A DNA stretch of 64,000 nt. Origin: a bacterium. GTDB lineage: Bacteria > Zhuqueibacterota > QNDG01 > DTFT01. Positions 1 through 10,248 of the stretch are shown here, piece after piece (the stretch's first letter is position 1; every line of letters starts with the position of its first letter). The translations under genes were made by a program, and so were the position numbers. A model generated the notes under the pieces. It was not told the DNA's origin and did no database searches. It saw nothing but the letters and a program-made list of their open reading frames with translations. Location: assembly GCA_030372965.1 (NCBI GenBank), contig JAUCQC010000228.1, positions 15,203 through 79,202 on the forward strand, written 5' to 3'.

Positions 1-1
1 G

Positions 2-1609
2 AAACTCGCGCCGGAGTCCATCGAAGACCTGACGGCCATGAACGCCCTGTACCGTCCGGGTCCGATGGAGATGATCGACGACTTCATCTCCCGGAAGCAC
101 GGTAAGACGCCGGTGCAGTACCTGCATCCGCTCTTGGAGCCGATTCTGCGGGAAACGCACGGCGTCATCGTCTATCAGGAGCAGGTCATGCAGATCGCTT
201 CCGCCGTAGGCGGGTTCAGCCTCGGCGAAGCCGACCTGCTTCGGCGCGCCATGGGGAAGAAAATGGTCGATCTGATGCAGGAACAGCGGGAGCGTTTCGT
301 CGAAGGCGCCGGGAAGAAAGGCGTGTCCAAGGAAACGGCCAACGCCATTTTCGACCTCATGGACAAATTCGCGGGATACGGATTCAACAAGTCCCACGCC
401 GCCTGTTATTCAGTGGTGGCCTACCAGACCGCGTATCTCAAGGCCCACCACCCGGTCGAATTCATGGCCGCGAACCTGACCAGCGAAATGGGCGACACCG
501 ACCGCGTGGTCATCCTGTTCGAGGAATGCCGCCGGATGGGCATACCGGTCCTGCCCCCGGACGTGAATTCAAGCGAGGCGGCATTTTCCGTTGAGGGCGA
601 GGCCATCCGCTTCGGCCTCGGCGCCGTGAAGAACGTCGGCCATCAGGCCATCGAATCCATCATCGAGGCGCGGCAGCGCCTGAGCCGCATGACGTCCCTT
701 TTCGAGTTCTGCGCCGCGGTGAACGGCCGCACGGTCAACCGGAAGGTCATCGAGAGCCTGATCGGTTCGGGGGCCATGGACGCGCTGGAAGGGACGCGCG
801 CTCAGAAAATCGCCGCGCTCAACCAGGCGCTGGCATTCGCCGCCGCCTCCGCCCGCTCCAACATGGAACAGCGCACCATCTTCGACGAGGAGGGCCTCGG
901 CCAGAAAGCCTATCCCGATCTGCCCGTCCTGCCCCCGCAGCCCCAGTCGGAAATACTGAAAACGGAAAAGGAACTCCTTGGGCTGTACCTCTCCGGACAT
1001 CCGCTCGAAAAGCACCGCCAGGAGATCGAGGCCTTCGCCAGTCCCCGCGCCGCGGAGCTGGAGGCCGTCGCGAGCGGCCAGACGGTCCGGATCTGCGGAC
1101 TCATCACGCAGGTCACCCAGCGTCTTGACCGCAAGGAAAAGGCGTACGCCTTTTTCCGCGTTGAGGATTTCACCGGAGGCGTCCGAGTCATCGCCTTTTC
1201 GGACATTTACGAAAAATACAGGTCCCTGATCCGGGATGACGCGATCGTGGTCGTCATTGGAAAGACGGACCGGCGGGAGGAGCGGGGCGAAACAAACGTG
1301 ATCGCCTGCGAGATCCTGCCGCTGGAGGACGCCGGCCGGCGTTTCACCCAGCGTCTGAGCGTCCGCATCGAGGATCCGGAACGAGTGCCCCGCCTGCAAA
1401 GCGCGGTCCAGCGTTCCCCGGGGGAAGTCCCCCTGATTTTTCACGTGGTCACACCCGAGGGCCGCACGGTGCGGCTGGTTTCGAAGAAATTCAGGATCAA
1501 TCCCACTCCCGAACTGATGACCCGGCTCCGCGAATGCCTGGGCCGCGAGAATGTGTGGATCGAATCTGTCAACGAGCGCAATTCCTCTCGTGGCGGGTCG
1601 AGGGTGTAG
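2..1609 (+). CDS. dnaE: DNA polymerase III alpha subunit, C-terminal part (5' end lies outside the window)
   Basis: Frame is open from the window edge. Motifs NALYRPGPME, VYQEQVMQ, GYGFNKSHAACY and LKAHHPVEFMAA, plus an OB-fold tail, are typical of DnaE. Confidence 0.95.
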   Translation, partial: KLAPESIEDLTAMNALYRPGPMEMIDDFISRKHGKTPVQYLHPLLEPILRETHGVIVYQEQVMQIASAVGGFSLGEADLLRRAMGKKMVDLMQEQRERFVEGAGKKGVSKETANAIFDLMDKFAGYGFNKSHAACYSVVAYQTAYLKAHHPVEFMAANLTSEMGDTDRVVILFEECRRMGIPVLPPDVNSSEAAFSVEGEAIRFGLGAVKNVGHQAIESIIEARQRLSRMTSLFEFCAAVNGRTVNRKVIESLIGSGAMDALEGTRAQKIAALNQALAFAAASARSNMEQRTIFDEEGLGQKAYPDLPVLPPQPQSEILKTEKELLGLYLSGHPLEKHRQEIEAFASPRAAELEAVASGQTVRICGLITQVTQRLDRKEKAYAFFRVEDFTGGVRVIAFSDIYEKYRSLIRDDAIVVVIGKTDRREERGETNVIACEILPLEDAGRRFTQRLSVRIEDPERVPRLQSAVQRSPGEVPLIFHVVTPEGRTVRLVSKKFRINPTPELMTRLRECLGRENVWIESVNERNSSRGGSRV

Positions 1610-1638
1610 TCGGCGAATATCATCCGTCGTTGCACGCA

Positions 1639-1852
1639 GATAGAAGATTCGCCGCTTGCCTTCAATACTCAAAAAATCCAATAAATTGGTCCCGCAAAGC
1701 GGGGCCTTCAATACTCAAAAAATCCAATAAATTGGTCCCGCAAAGCGGGGCCTTCAATACTCAAAAAATATATCCCGCAAAGCGGGTCTGTAACCATCCA
1801 GAAACCGATTCTCTCGATCCCGCGCAACGGGGCGGGCGGCGGGAATCTTCAA
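1639..1852. repeat. Inverted-repeat arms GATAGAAGATTCGCCGC (1639-1655) and GCGGCGGGAATCTTCAA (1836-1852) bracketing the tandem repeat
   Basis: The arms are reverse complements apart from a 2-nt bulge. The same GATAGAAGATTC / GGGAATCTTCAA ends form a tight hairpin at 13894-13933. Confidence 0.6.
1661..1786. repeat. 46-bp tandem direct repeat: two identical copies plus a third with an internal deletion
   Basis: The unit TTCAATACTCAAAAAATCCAATAAATTGGTCCCGCAAAGCGGGGCC starts at 1661 and 1707 (identical). The copy at 1753 keeps the first 17 nt and the CCCGCAAAGCGGG hairpin. Each unit carries two small palindromes, CCAATAAATTGG and CCCGC-AAA-GCGGG. Confidence 0.9.
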
Positions 1853-1871
1853 TTCCGGTGAGGAAAACCGC

Positions 1872-3707
1872 ATGATGCCTTTCAGGGAAAGCATCCAGAA
1901 AAGGCTCCACCTATTTGACGGCGCGATGGGAACCTATCTGTACCAGCGCGGCGTTTTCATCGACCGGTGCTACGACGAGCTGAACCTCAGCCGTCCCGAA
2001 TTGGTGCGCGACATACACCGGGAATACCTGGAGGCGGGCGCCACCGTCATCGAGGCCAACACCTTCGGCGCCAACTCAATCAAGCTGGAACGCCACAACC
2101 TGGCCGGCCGCGCCGCGGACATCAACCGGGAGGGCGTGCGTCTGGCCCGTGAGGCTTCTGCCGGCCGCGCCTACGTGGCCGGCTCCATGGGGCCTCTGGG
2201 AACGGCCGTTGAACCCCTCGGGAGCCTGTCCCTGGAACAGGCGTCAGCGGTTTTCGCCGGCCAGGCCCTGAGTCTGACCGAAGCGGGATCGGATCTGATC
2301 GTGCTCGAGACCTTTCACGATCTCCGTGAAATCGCCGCCGCGGTGGCCGCCGTGCGCTCCGTTTCGGATATTCCCCTGATCGCGCTGATGACGGTGCAGG
2401 AGGACGGTCGGACCCGGACCGGAGCCGACGTGGATGAGATCGCCCAGCGCCTGTCCGACATGCCTGTCGACGGCATCGGTCTCAACTGCACGGTCGGGCC
2501 CAAGTCGATGCTGGACTTTCTGGAACGCATGCTCCGCCTGTCCGGACGGCCGGTGGCCGTCCTGCCGAACGCGGGCCGCCCCCAATCCGTTGACGGCCGG
2601 ACTTTCTACATGTCCACGCCAGATTATTTTGGAGTCTACTGCAGGCGGTTCATCGATGCCGGCGCCCGCATCCTCGGCGGCTGCTGCGGAACGACGCCCG
2701 TTCACATCCGGAAAATGGCCGAGTCCCTGGCCCAGAAGCAGACCCGCGCCATTCTCCGCGAAACCCGTCGTGAAACCATGCGGGCCGAATGCCGTCCGCT
2801 CGACCCGGTCCCGAAGGAGCGGCGGTCGCGACTGGCGGCCAAACTTTCCTCCGGCGGATTCGTGCGCACGGTCGAGATGACGCCCCCGCGGGGCAGGGAC
2901 CTCACGCCGCACCTCGCCGGCGCGGAAAAATTGAAGACCGCCGGCATCGACGCCGTCAACATTCCGGATGGACCGAGGGCCTCGGCCCGGATGAACGGGC
3001 TCGCCATGGCGGTGAAACTCCAGGCCGAGATCGGGATCGAAACCGTGCTTCACATCGCCTGCCGGGACTACAGCCTGATCGGACTGCAGTCCTTCCTTCT
3101 CGGGGCTTCCGTGCTCGGGGTCCGGAATGTGCTTGCGATCACGGGCGATCCGCCCATGCTCGGCGACTACCCCCAGAGTTCCGCCGTCTTCGACGTGGAT
3201 TCCATCGGCCTGACGCGCCTGCTGAACAACCTCAACCACGGACTGGACATCGGAGACAAACCGATCGGATCGGTGACCGAGTTCTTCATCGGAGTGGGAG
3301 CGGACCCCAGCGCCGTGAATCCGGGACGGGAAAGGGACCGGCTGACCCTGAAAGCCGGCGCCGGAGCCGAATTCGTCATCACCCAGCCCGTTTTCGACAT
3401 CGCGCCGCTCGGCGCCTTCATCGAAAAAAGCGGACAACAGGGTCTTCCGTTCATCGCCGGCATCTGGCCGCTGGTGAGCTATCAGAACGCCGAATTCATG
3501 AAGAACGAAGTGCCGGGCGTCGTGGTACCGGATTCCGTGCTGGAACGCATCGGCCGGTTCCGGAACAAGGAAGATCAGCTGAAGATCGGTATAGAAATTG
3601 CTCAGGAGATGGTGCGACAGGTCAGACCGCTGGTTCAGGGGGTTCAGATCAGCGCACCGTTCGGCCGGGTGGACGCCGCGATCAGCGTGGCCGAAGCCGC
3701 CCGATGA
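1872..3707 (+). CDS. yitJ: Bifunctional homocysteine S-methyltransferase / 5,10-methylenetetrahydrofolate reductase (YitJ-type fusion)
   Basis: 611 aa. The N-terminal half has the HMT pattern ([27 protein letters not shown]). The C-terminal half is MetF-like ([28 protein letters not shown]). Confidence 0.85.
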   Translation: MMPFRESIQKRLHLFDGAMGTYLYQRGVFIDRCYDELNLSRPELVRDIHREYLEAGATVIEANTFGANSIKLERHNLAGRAADINREGVRLAREASAGRAYVAGSMGPLGTAVEPLGSLSLEQASAVFAGQALSLTEAGSDLIVLETFHDLREIAAAVAAVRSVSDIPLIALMTVQEDGRTRTGADVDEIAQRLSDMPVDGIGLNCTVGPKSMLDFLERMLRLSGRPVAVLPNAGRPQSVDGRTFYMSTPDYFGVYCRRFIDAGARILGGCCGTTPVHIRKMAESLAQKQTRAILRETRRETMRAECRPLDPVPKERRSRLAAKLSSGGFVRTVEMTPPRGRDLTPHLAGAEKLKTAGIDAVNIPDGPRASARMNGLAMAVKLQAEIGIETVLHIACRDYSLIGLQSFLLGASVLGVRNVLAITGDPPMLGDYPQSSAVFDVDSIGLTRLLNNLNHGLDIGDKPIGSVTEFFIGVGADPSAVNPGRERDRLTLKAGAGAEFVITQPVFDIAPLGAFIEKSGQQGLPFIAGIWPLVSYQNAEFMKNEVPGVVVPDSVLERIGRFRNKEDQLKIGIEIAQEMVRQVRPLVQGVQISAPFGRVDAAISVAEAAR

Positions 3708-3729
3708 CCCTTCTCGATCGGAGACCTCC

Positions 3730-5187
3730 ATGAATGAACCGCTGATTTTCGAGCTTTCCGCGCAGGGACGGGAGGGATTCTCTCTCCCGGACGCGGATGT
3801 CCCGGTCAAACCCGTCGATGCGCTCATCCCCGCGCGCCTGCGGAGGCGCATCCCGCCCCGTTTTCCGGAAATTTCGGAACTGGACGCAGTGCGCCATTTC
3901 GTACACCTGTCGGTCAAAAACCACCACCTGGACCGGGGATTCTACCCGCTCGGTTCCTGCACCATGAAGTACAATCCGAAGGTGAACGAAACCGCGGCCG
4001 GTCTGGACGGCTTTTCCGGTCTGCATCCCTTACAGCCGGAGAACGGCACCCGGGGCGCTTTGCGCCTGATGGGGGAGCTCGCGGAGTATCTCGGAGCCCT
4101 CGCCGGGATGGATGCCGTCACGCTCCAGCCTTCCGCCGGCGCGCACGGGGAGATGACGGGCTTGAAGATCGTGCGCGCCTTTCACGAAAGCCGGGGCAAT
4201 CCCCGGCGCACCGTTGTCCTTCCGGATTCCGCGCACGGCACCAATCCCGCGAGCGCCGCGGTCTCGGGGTATCACTGCGTTCAGGTCCGGTCCGACAGCC
4301 GCGGACTCGTGGATCTGGAAGACCTGGAGCGGCATCTCGACGGAGAGACGGCGGCGTTCATGCTGACGAATCCCAACACGCTCGGGCTCTTCGAGAGGCA
4401 GATCCGGCGCATCGCGGAGATGGTTCACAACCGCGGAGCGCTTCTCTACATGGACGGCGCCAACCTGAACGCCCTGCTCGGCATCGTGCGCCCCGGAGAC
4501 ATCGGTTTCGACGTGGTTCATTTCAACCTGCACAAGACATTCTCGACGCCGCACGGCGGTGGCGGTCCGGGATCGGGTCCCGTCGGTGTGCGTTCGCCGC
4601 TCGCGCCTTTTCTCCCGCGGCCGATGATCCGGCGTTCCGCGGGAGGCCGATTCGAATGGGACGACGAAACCGCGGATTCCTCGTCCATCGGAAAAATGAA
4701 CGCGTTCTACGGCCATTTCGCGGTGATGGTGCGCGCGTACGCGTATATCCGCATGCTCGGCGGCAGCGGCCTGCGGGCCGTATCGGAGAACGCCGTTCTG
4801 AATGCGAACTATCTCATGCGGCGGCTCGAGGCATCCGTCGATCTTCCGCATCCCGGACCCCACATGCACGAGTTCGTCCTGTCCGGAGACCGGCAGAAGG
4901 AGAGCGGCGTCCGGACGCTCGATATCGCCAAGCGCCTTCTGGACTTCGGCATACACGCGCCCACGGTCTACTTCCCGCTGATCGTGCACGAGGCTTTGAT
5001 GATCGAACCCACCGAGACCGAGTCCAAGGAGACCCTGGACGCGTTCGCGGCGGCCATGGAATCCATTCTCGGGGAAATCGCGGAAAATCCCGAGGCACTG
5101 CACGACGCGCCCCGGACCACCCCCGTGGGACGGCTGGATGAAGGCGCGGCCGCCAGGAATCTCGATGTCCGGTTCAGGCCGGAGTGA
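3730..5187 (+). CDS. gcvPB: Glycine dehydrogenase (decarboxylating) subunit 2
   Basis: [10 protein letters not shown]..., [13 protein letters not shown], and [18 protein letters not shown] containing the PLP lysine. I chose the ATG at 3730 because the longer 3598 ORF overlaps yitJ. Confidence 0.9.
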   Translation: MNEPLIFELSAQGREGFSLPDADVPVKPVDALIPARLRRRIPPRFPEISELDAVRHFVHLSVKNHHLDRGFYPLGSCTMKYNPKVNETAAGLDGFSGLHPLQPENGTRGALRLMGELAEYLGALAGMDAVTLQPSAGAHGEMTGLKIVRAFHESRGNPRRTVVLPDSAHGTNPASAAVSGYHCVQVRSDSRGLVDLEDLERHLDGETAAFMLTNPNTLGLFERQIRRIAEMVHNRGALLYMDGANLNALLGIVRPGDIGFDVVHFNLHKTFSTPHGGGGPGSGPVGVRSPLAPFLPRPMIRRSAGGRFEWDDETADSSSIGKMNAFYGHFAVMVRAYAYIRMLGGSGLRAVSENAVLNANYLMRRLEASVDLPHPGPHMHEFVLSGDRQKESGVRTLDIAKRLLDFGIHAPTVYFPLIVHEALMIEPTETESKETLDAFAAAMESILGEIAENPEALHDAPRTTPVGRLDEGAAARNLDVRFRPE

Positions 5188-5202
5188 AGCGGAACCGTCT
5201 TC

Positions 5203-6189
5203 ATGAGCCCGGGTGAGTCCCATGCTCCCGAAGGAGGAGCCTTGCCGCGTCCGGAGCCTCAGGAAACCATCCTGGTGGTCGACGACAAGGCCAACAATCG
5301 CCTTCTGCTTCAAACCTATCTGGAATCGGCCGGATACCGCGTCCGTCTGGCGGCAAGCGGGGAAGAAGCGCTCCGCTGCATCACGGAGAACGCGCCGTCC
5401 CTCGTTCTGCTGGACGTGATGCTTCCGGGAATCAACGGGTACGAGGTGTGCCGGATCGTGAAACTATCAAAATCCCGCAGGGGCCTGCCCGTGGTGCTGG
5501 TCACGGCGCTCCAGGGCGAGGAGGAGCGCGTAAAGGGGATCGAGGCCGGCGCCGACGATTTCATCGGCCGCCCGATCCATCGGCTTGAACTGCTCACCCG
5601 TGTTCGGTCGCTGCTGCGGATCCGGCGTCTGCACGACGAGTTGGAGCAGAAAATCCTCGAGTTGGAGAAGGCCAAGATCCAGCTGCAGCAGCTGGCGGTC
5701 ACGGACGGCCTGACGGGCCTGTACAATTATCAGTACTTCAAACACAAACTGCAGACCGAGGTCGCCCGATCGCGGCGGCATGGCCTGCCGGTTTCCCTGC
5801 TGATGATGGACATCGATCACTTTAAAATGTACAACGATCATTTCGGGCACCCGTTGGGCGACCGGGTTCTGCGCCGCTTCGGAAACCTGCTGTTTGAGCA
5901 TGTGCGGCAGATCGACATCCTGTCCCGGTACGGGGGCGAGGAATTCGCCCTGATCCTGCCGGGCACTTCCAAGGACGCCTCGATGATCGTGGCCGAAAAG
6001 CTGAGGACCCTGATCGAGAAATCCTATTTCCCGCTGTCGGAAAAGCTGCCGTTCGGCAGGGTGACCATGAGCGTGGGAGCCGCCTGTTTTCCGGACGATG
6101 CCGCGAACGAGGAGGAACTGGTCCGGAAATCCGACGAAGCCCTGTACCGCGCGAAAAAAGAGGGCCGGAACCGGTCCGTTCCCGCATAG
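5203..6189 (+). CDS. Response regulator with GGDEF output (diguanylate cyclase, PleD/WspR-like)
   Basis: REC domain (ILVVDD, LVLLDVMLPG, VVLVTA), a coiled linker, GGDEF with an active-type GGEEF, and an RQID I-site five residues upstream. The conserved receiver Lys is Arg (GADDFIGRPI). Confidence 0.9.
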   Translation: MSPGESHAPEGGALPRPEPQETILVVDDKANNRLLLQTYLESAGYRVRLAASGEEALRCITENAPSLVLLDVMLPGINGYEVCRIVKLSKSRRGLPVVLVTALQGEEERVKGIEAGADDFIGRPIHRLELLTRVRSLLRIRRLHDELEQKILELEKAKIQLQQLAVTDGLTGLYNYQYFKHKLQTEVARSRRHGLPVSLLMMDIDHFKMYNDHFGHPLGDRVLRRFGNLLFEHVRQIDILSRYGGEEFALILPGTSKDASMIVAEKLRTLIEKSYFPLSEKLPFGRVTMSVGAACFPDDAANEEELVRKSDEALYRAKKEGRNRSVPA

Positions 6190-6190
6190 G

Positions 6191-8329
6191 ATGCATGTGA
6201 TGCCAGCCGCTTCCGCCAAGCCGAAATTCAACCGGTCCACTTTCGTCAAGCTCTGGATTCTTCTGTTCGCGGCCTCCGCACTCTCGGTCGTCGTGTTCAG
6301 GCTTGCCCAAAACGGAACCGCTTTCGGCAGGGGGGATGCCTGCGTCCGTGATCTGCTGAAATCCAGAGCCGAGTCCCTCTCCCGAATCGCCGAGGAGGCC
6401 ATGCTCGGGGATGTCCGGGACCTCTGGATGTCCGATTCTCCGGATCCGGACCAGGGCTCCTCATTTTTCACGGATTGGGAGACCCGGTACCCGTCGATCG
6501 TGACGGCGGATCTGTGGCGGACCGACGGTTCCGCCCCCGACCGCTGGATGCAGAACGCGCTTGCCGGCCGGATCCGGTCCGGCGTCGCCGACAACGACTC
6601 CCGAAACCGTCTGGACGCCTTCCTGTCGCCGAAACGCGTGTCCTGGACGCTCCGCAGGCAGACGCCGTACCAGGAAACGGCTTTCATCCTCAATCCGTTT
6701 CAAGGGTCCCTCGTGGGGATTCTGATCCCGCGGGAGACCCGGAAAAGCCGGTCGATTCTCTGGATACGCGTCATTGTCGCCGATCCGTCCGAGGCCGTCC
6801 GTGCGCGGCTGGATCCGGGGGAGACCGTCCGCCTGGTGGACGGAAACGCCACACTGATCGAATGGGAAATGCCGGCTTCGGGAACGCGCAACCGCGCCGG
6901 TTCGTCTCCGGAAACGTGGCGGGCATCCGCGCCGATGTCGATACTTTCCTGGCGGATCGAGATTCAGCGTCAGACCACAGCCGCCGTCCCGCCCGGAGGT
7001 TACGCCCGACCGCTGATTTTCGGCCTTCTGCTCCTTCTCCTGATCTCCGGGGCGGCCGCGTTCACGGGCGTCTGGTGGATCGAGCGTCCGTTCGAGCGGT
7101 TGATGTCCTCCGCCATTGAAATCGGAAGGGGCAATTTCGGAATCCGGATTTCCGATCAGAAGAACCGTTCCATGCACCGTCTCGCCAAACTGCTCAACTA
7201 CATGGCGACTGAGATGGACCATCTCCAGCGGATGAACGTGAGCGCGATCATCAACGAGAAGAACAAGACTGAAATCATGCTCCGGAACATCGCGGATGGC
7301 GTGCTCGTGCTGGACGAGGAGGGCCGGATCGTGCTGATGAACGAGGCAGCCTCGCGGTGGCTGCGTCTCAGCGAATCCGCGGTTCTCGGCAGGCCCTTCC
7401 AGGAGTGCATCCGCATCCGTCCCCTCACGACGCTGCTACGCGACGTTCTCAGGGACAAGCCGAACGCCTCCGATGAATTCGCGATCAAGGCCTCCGAAGA
7501 CCGCCAGACCCTGGTGCTCTCGGCGAACGCGGCCCGCGTCACCAATCGCGACGGACGGAATGTGGGAGCGGTCACCGTCCTGAGGGATGTGACCAAGGAG
7601 AAGGAAGCCGACCGCATCAAAACGGAACTCGTCTCCATGGTCGCGCACGAGCTGAAATCGCCGTTGACTTCCATCTATGGGTTCACGGAACTGCTGCTGG
7701 ATTCCGAGAGTAAAAACAAGAAGGCGGCCGAATACGCGCAGGTCATCCAGTCCGAAGTGAGCCGGCTGACCGACTTTGTCGACAAGTTCCTCAGCCTCTC
7801 CCGGCTGGAATCCGGGAAAATAAGGATCCAGATGGATCCGTTCGACCTCCGTTCTGTCGTCGAGAAAAGCGTGTCGGTGCTTCAGGGCCAGGCCGCCCGC
7901 AAGGATATCCTGATCGCGCTTCAACTCCCCGACTCCCTGCCGCTCACGGCGGGGGATCCGACACTGATCGAGCAGGTGCTGGTGAATCTCATCGGTAACG
8001 CCATCAAATACAGCCCGAGCCACTCCAAGATCGGCATCGAGACGACGGTCGGGTCGAAGGACGTGTCCATCCATGTCATCGACAACGGGTACGGCATCCC
8101 CAAGGAAGCCCTGCCGAGGATATTCGACAAGTTCTACCGCGTCGCGGAGATGCGCGAAAGCGGGGAAACGGAGGGATCGGGTCTGGGACTGGCCCTGGTC
8201 AAGGAAATCGTCGAAAAGCACGGCGGGTTCATCAAGGTGAAGAGCAAGCTGGGCGTGGGTTCCGTGTTTTCCTTCTCCCTGCTGCAGGCCGGGATGTTCC
8301 TGCGGCCGGGAAGCGGAGAAAACCGGTGA
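6191..8329 (+). CDS. Membrane sensor histidine kinase (extracytoplasmic sensor, HAMP, PAS, HisKA, HATPase_c)
   Basis: TM segment after the start, a second TM plus HAMP-like region around LIFGLLLLLLISG, PAS (NIADGVLVLDEEGRI), H-box VAHELKSPLTSIYGF, N-box NLIGNAIKYSP, and G-boxes DNGYGIP and GSGLGLAL. The ATG at 6191 lies 2 nt after the upstream stop. Confidence 0.9.
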   Translation: MHVMPAASAKPKFNRSTFVKLWILLFAASALSVVVFRLAQNGTAFGRGDACVRDLLKSRAESLSRIAEEAMLGDVRDLWMSDSPDPDQGSSFFTDWETRYPSIVTADLWRTDGSAPDRWMQNALAGRIRSGVADNDSRNRLDAFLSPKRVSWTLRRQTPYQETAFILNPFQGSLVGILIPRETRKSRSILWIRVIVADPSEAVRARLDPGETVRLVDGNATLIEWEMPASGTRNRAGSSPETWRASAPMSILSWRIEIQRQTTAAVPPGGYARPLIFGLLLLLLISGAAAFTGVWWIERPFERLMSSAIEIGRGNFGIRISDQKNRSMHRLAKLLNYMATEMDHLQRMNVSAIINEKNKTEIMLRNIADGVLVLDEEGRIVLMNEAASRWLRLSESAVLGRPFQECIRIRPLTTLLRDVLRDKPNASDEFAIKASEDRQTLVLSANAARVTNRDGRNVGAVTVLRDVTKEKEADRIKTELVSMVAHELKSPLTSIYGFTELLLDSESKNKKAAEYAQVIQSEVSRLTDFVDKFLSLSRLESGKIRIQMDPFDLRSVVEKSVSVLQGQAARKDILIALQLPDSLPLTAGDPTLIEQVLVNLIGNAIKYSPSHSKIGIETTVGSKDVSIHVIDNGYGIPKEALPRIFDKFYRVAEMRESGETEGSGLGLALVKEIVEKHGGFIKVKSKLGVGSVFSFSLLQAGMFLRPGSGENR

Positions 8330-10248
8330 AGGCGGGTTCCCGCAGACAGACGGTGCTGCTTCTCGACCCGGACGGCGCATCGGAAGCCGTCCTCCTCCGG
8401 GCCCTGGAGGGGACGGACACGGCCATCCGGCGCGCCCTTTCCCTCGAAGAGGCCGGCCGCCTGGCCGGCGAACTGCGTCCCGAACTGATCGTCGCCGAAT
8501 TCGACCCCGATTCCGCCGAGGGACTCCGCCTGTTCCGGATGATTCTCGAAGACCGGGAGTACCGCGACCGGTTTCCCGTGCCGTTCGTGATGATTTCGGA
8601 TCCGCCGACGCGCGAGCGACACGCGGAGGAGCTTTTTCCGCTCGGTCTCATGGGGTGGATCGTCCGTCCCCTGGATCCGGCGACGGTGCGCGAGGTTTTC
8701 CACAACTGGCTCTGGCTGCATGAGGCTTTCCGCAAAGCCCAGCGGTTGAAGCAGGAAGTCCGGAAATCCGAAGTCCGCTACCGGGATCTGCTGGAGAACG
8801 CCTCCGATTTCATTTTCACGCTGGATTCGGAAGGCCGTTTTCTGTATCTCAACAACCGCTTCAAATCCCTGACCGGATTCGAGAAAGAGGAATGGCTGGG
8901 CCGTCCGTTTCCCGATCTCTTCGAGGCCGAAGACCGGAAGACCGCCCGGGAACACTACGAACAGACCCACCAGGGAAGGTCCAGGGTATTCGAGGCCCAT
9001 GTCCTCCACAAGACCACCGCTCCCAACGTGCTGTCGATCAGCCTGACACCCATCGTCGAAGTCGCCTCCGTCACGGGAACCATGGGCATCGGACGGGACA
9101 TCCTCGAGCAGAAACGCATGGAACGGGAAATCCTCGATCTTGAAAATTTCAACGCGAGCATCATCGAAAGCATGGAGGCCGGTCTTCTGACCGTCGACCT
9201 CGACGGCATCATCACCTCCCTCAACACAGGAGGCCAGAATATACTGGAACGGGTGTCCGAGGAGGTTCTCGGGCGTCCCATCGGCGAGGTTCTGCCGCCC
9301 GCGGAGGCGGAAGCGCTTCTCTCCCCGGGCTCCGCGGACGACGGACTGCCGTCGCGCAGGGAGATGGAGCTGACCCTCAAGTCCGGACGCAAGGCCGCCA
9401 TCGGTTACACCGTGACCGACCGGGTGGACAACCAGAGGCGGAAAGTGGGGACGATTGTCTCCTTCCGCGACATCACCCTGATCAAACAGATGCAGAACGA
9501 GGTCATCCGGATGGACCGGCTGGCTTCGCTCGGCGTCCTGGCCTCCGGCATCGCGCATGAAATCAAGAATCCACTGGCCGGCATCAAGTCGCTGGCCCAG
9601 GCCTGCGAGGAGGAGTTCGAGGGGGAAGACCCTCGCCGTGAGTATCTGGCCCGGATCATCCGCCAGGTCAACCGCATGGACGACCTGCTGCGGACGTTCT
9701 TCGCCTACGCCAAGCCCAAACCGCCTGACCGGAAACCCGTTCCCCTCAGCGACATCATCCGGGAAGTCGGTCACCTGATGAATCGCAAGATGGACAAGGC
9801 GGGCATCCGCTATTCCGTGGAACTGGCCGACGTTCTACCGCCGGTGGTCGTCGACGGGCCGCAGATCCAGCAGGTTTTCCTGAACCTGATGCTCAACGCC
9901 GTGGACGCCATGCCCGGAGGGGGGACGCTGGCGATCCGCGCCGCGGTCGCGGGGCCGGACTTCAGGGGCCTGATGCGCCGGCGCACGCCGGACCCGCGTC
10001 CGGATCCGTCGCGGAAAGGGGCGTCCTACGTCGAAATCCGGATCTGCGATTCGGGCACCGGCATTCCGGAGGACAAACTGGAAACGATTTTCGACCCGTT
10101 CTTCACCACCAAGCCCGGCGGCCTCGGCCTCGGGCTGTCCATCGTCTACCGCATCATCGCCGAACACCAGGGGGACATCCGAGTCAAGAGCCGTCCCGAT
10201 CACGGGACGGAATTCAGCATTTATTTACCCACGGGAGATCCTTCATGA
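8326..10248 (+). CDS. Cytoplasmic histidine kinase with an N-terminal degenerate receiver-like domain and two PAS domains (NtrB/AtoS-like)
   Basis: The GTG start overlaps the upstream stop (GTGA). Receiver-like N-terminus (VLLLDPDG, LIVAEFD, FVMISD, Lys replaced by Arg in GWIVRPLD), PAS repeats, H-box GIAHEIKNPLAGI, N-box NLMLNAVDAM, and DSGTGIP/GGLGLGLS. Confidence 0.9.
   Translation: MKAGSRRQTVLLLDPDGASEAVLLRALEGTDTAIRRALSLEEAGRLAGELRPELIVAEFDPDSAEGLRLFRMILEDREYRDRFPVPFVMISDPPTRERHAEELFPLGLMGWIVRPLDPATVREVFHNWLWLHEAFRKAQRLKQEVRKSEVRYRDLLENASDFIFTLDSEGRFLYLNNRFKSLTGFEKEEWLGRPFPDLFEAEDRKTAREHYEQTHQGRSRVFEAHVLHKTTAPNVLSISLTPIVEVASVTGTMGIGRDILEQKRMEREILDLENFNASIIESMEAGLLTVDLDGIITSLNTGGQNILERVSEEVLGRPIGEVLPPAEAEALLSPGSADDGLPSRREMELTLKSGRKAAIGYTVTDRVDNQRRKVGTIVSFRDITLIKQMQNEVIRMDRLASLGVLASGIAHEIKNPLAGIKSLAQACEEEFEGEDPRREYLARIIRQVNRMDDLLRTFFAYAKPKPPDRKPVPLSDIIREVGHLMNRKMDKAGIRYSVELADVLPPVVVDGPQIQQVFLNLMLNAVDAMPGGGTLAIRAAVAGPDFRGLMRRRTPDPRPDPSRKGASYVEIRICDSGTGIPEDKLETIFDPFFTTKPGGLGLGLSIVYRIIAEHQGDIRVKSRPDHGTEFSIYLPTGDPS

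Noticed and set aside
569-1711. 380-aa ORF on the - strand, and similar long antisense ORFs at 2244-3917, 4030-5313, 5467-6693, 8134-9774, 10221-11510, 12674-13633, 16148-17410 and 21230-22444
   Set aside because: Each is antisense to a gene with strong family signatures (dnaE, yitJ, gcvPB, GGDEF/kinases, bEBP, ftsZ-like, thrS, pheT). Their translations are R/P/G-rich with no motifs. These are high-GC frame artefacts.
1661-1786. Possible CRISPR array
   Set aside because: The 46-bp units are directly adjacent with no unique spacers. There are only about 2.7 copies and no cas genes in the window. This is a plain tandem repeat.
1610-1871. SAM (S-box) or other riboswitch in the yitJ leader
   Set aside because: B. 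subtilis yitJ has an S-box, so I looked for the conserved S-box core and a terminator/antiterminator pair. I could not recognise them by eye. The leader is instead occupied by the tandem repeat. A covariance-model scan (Rfam) would be needed to exclude other SAM riboswitch classes.
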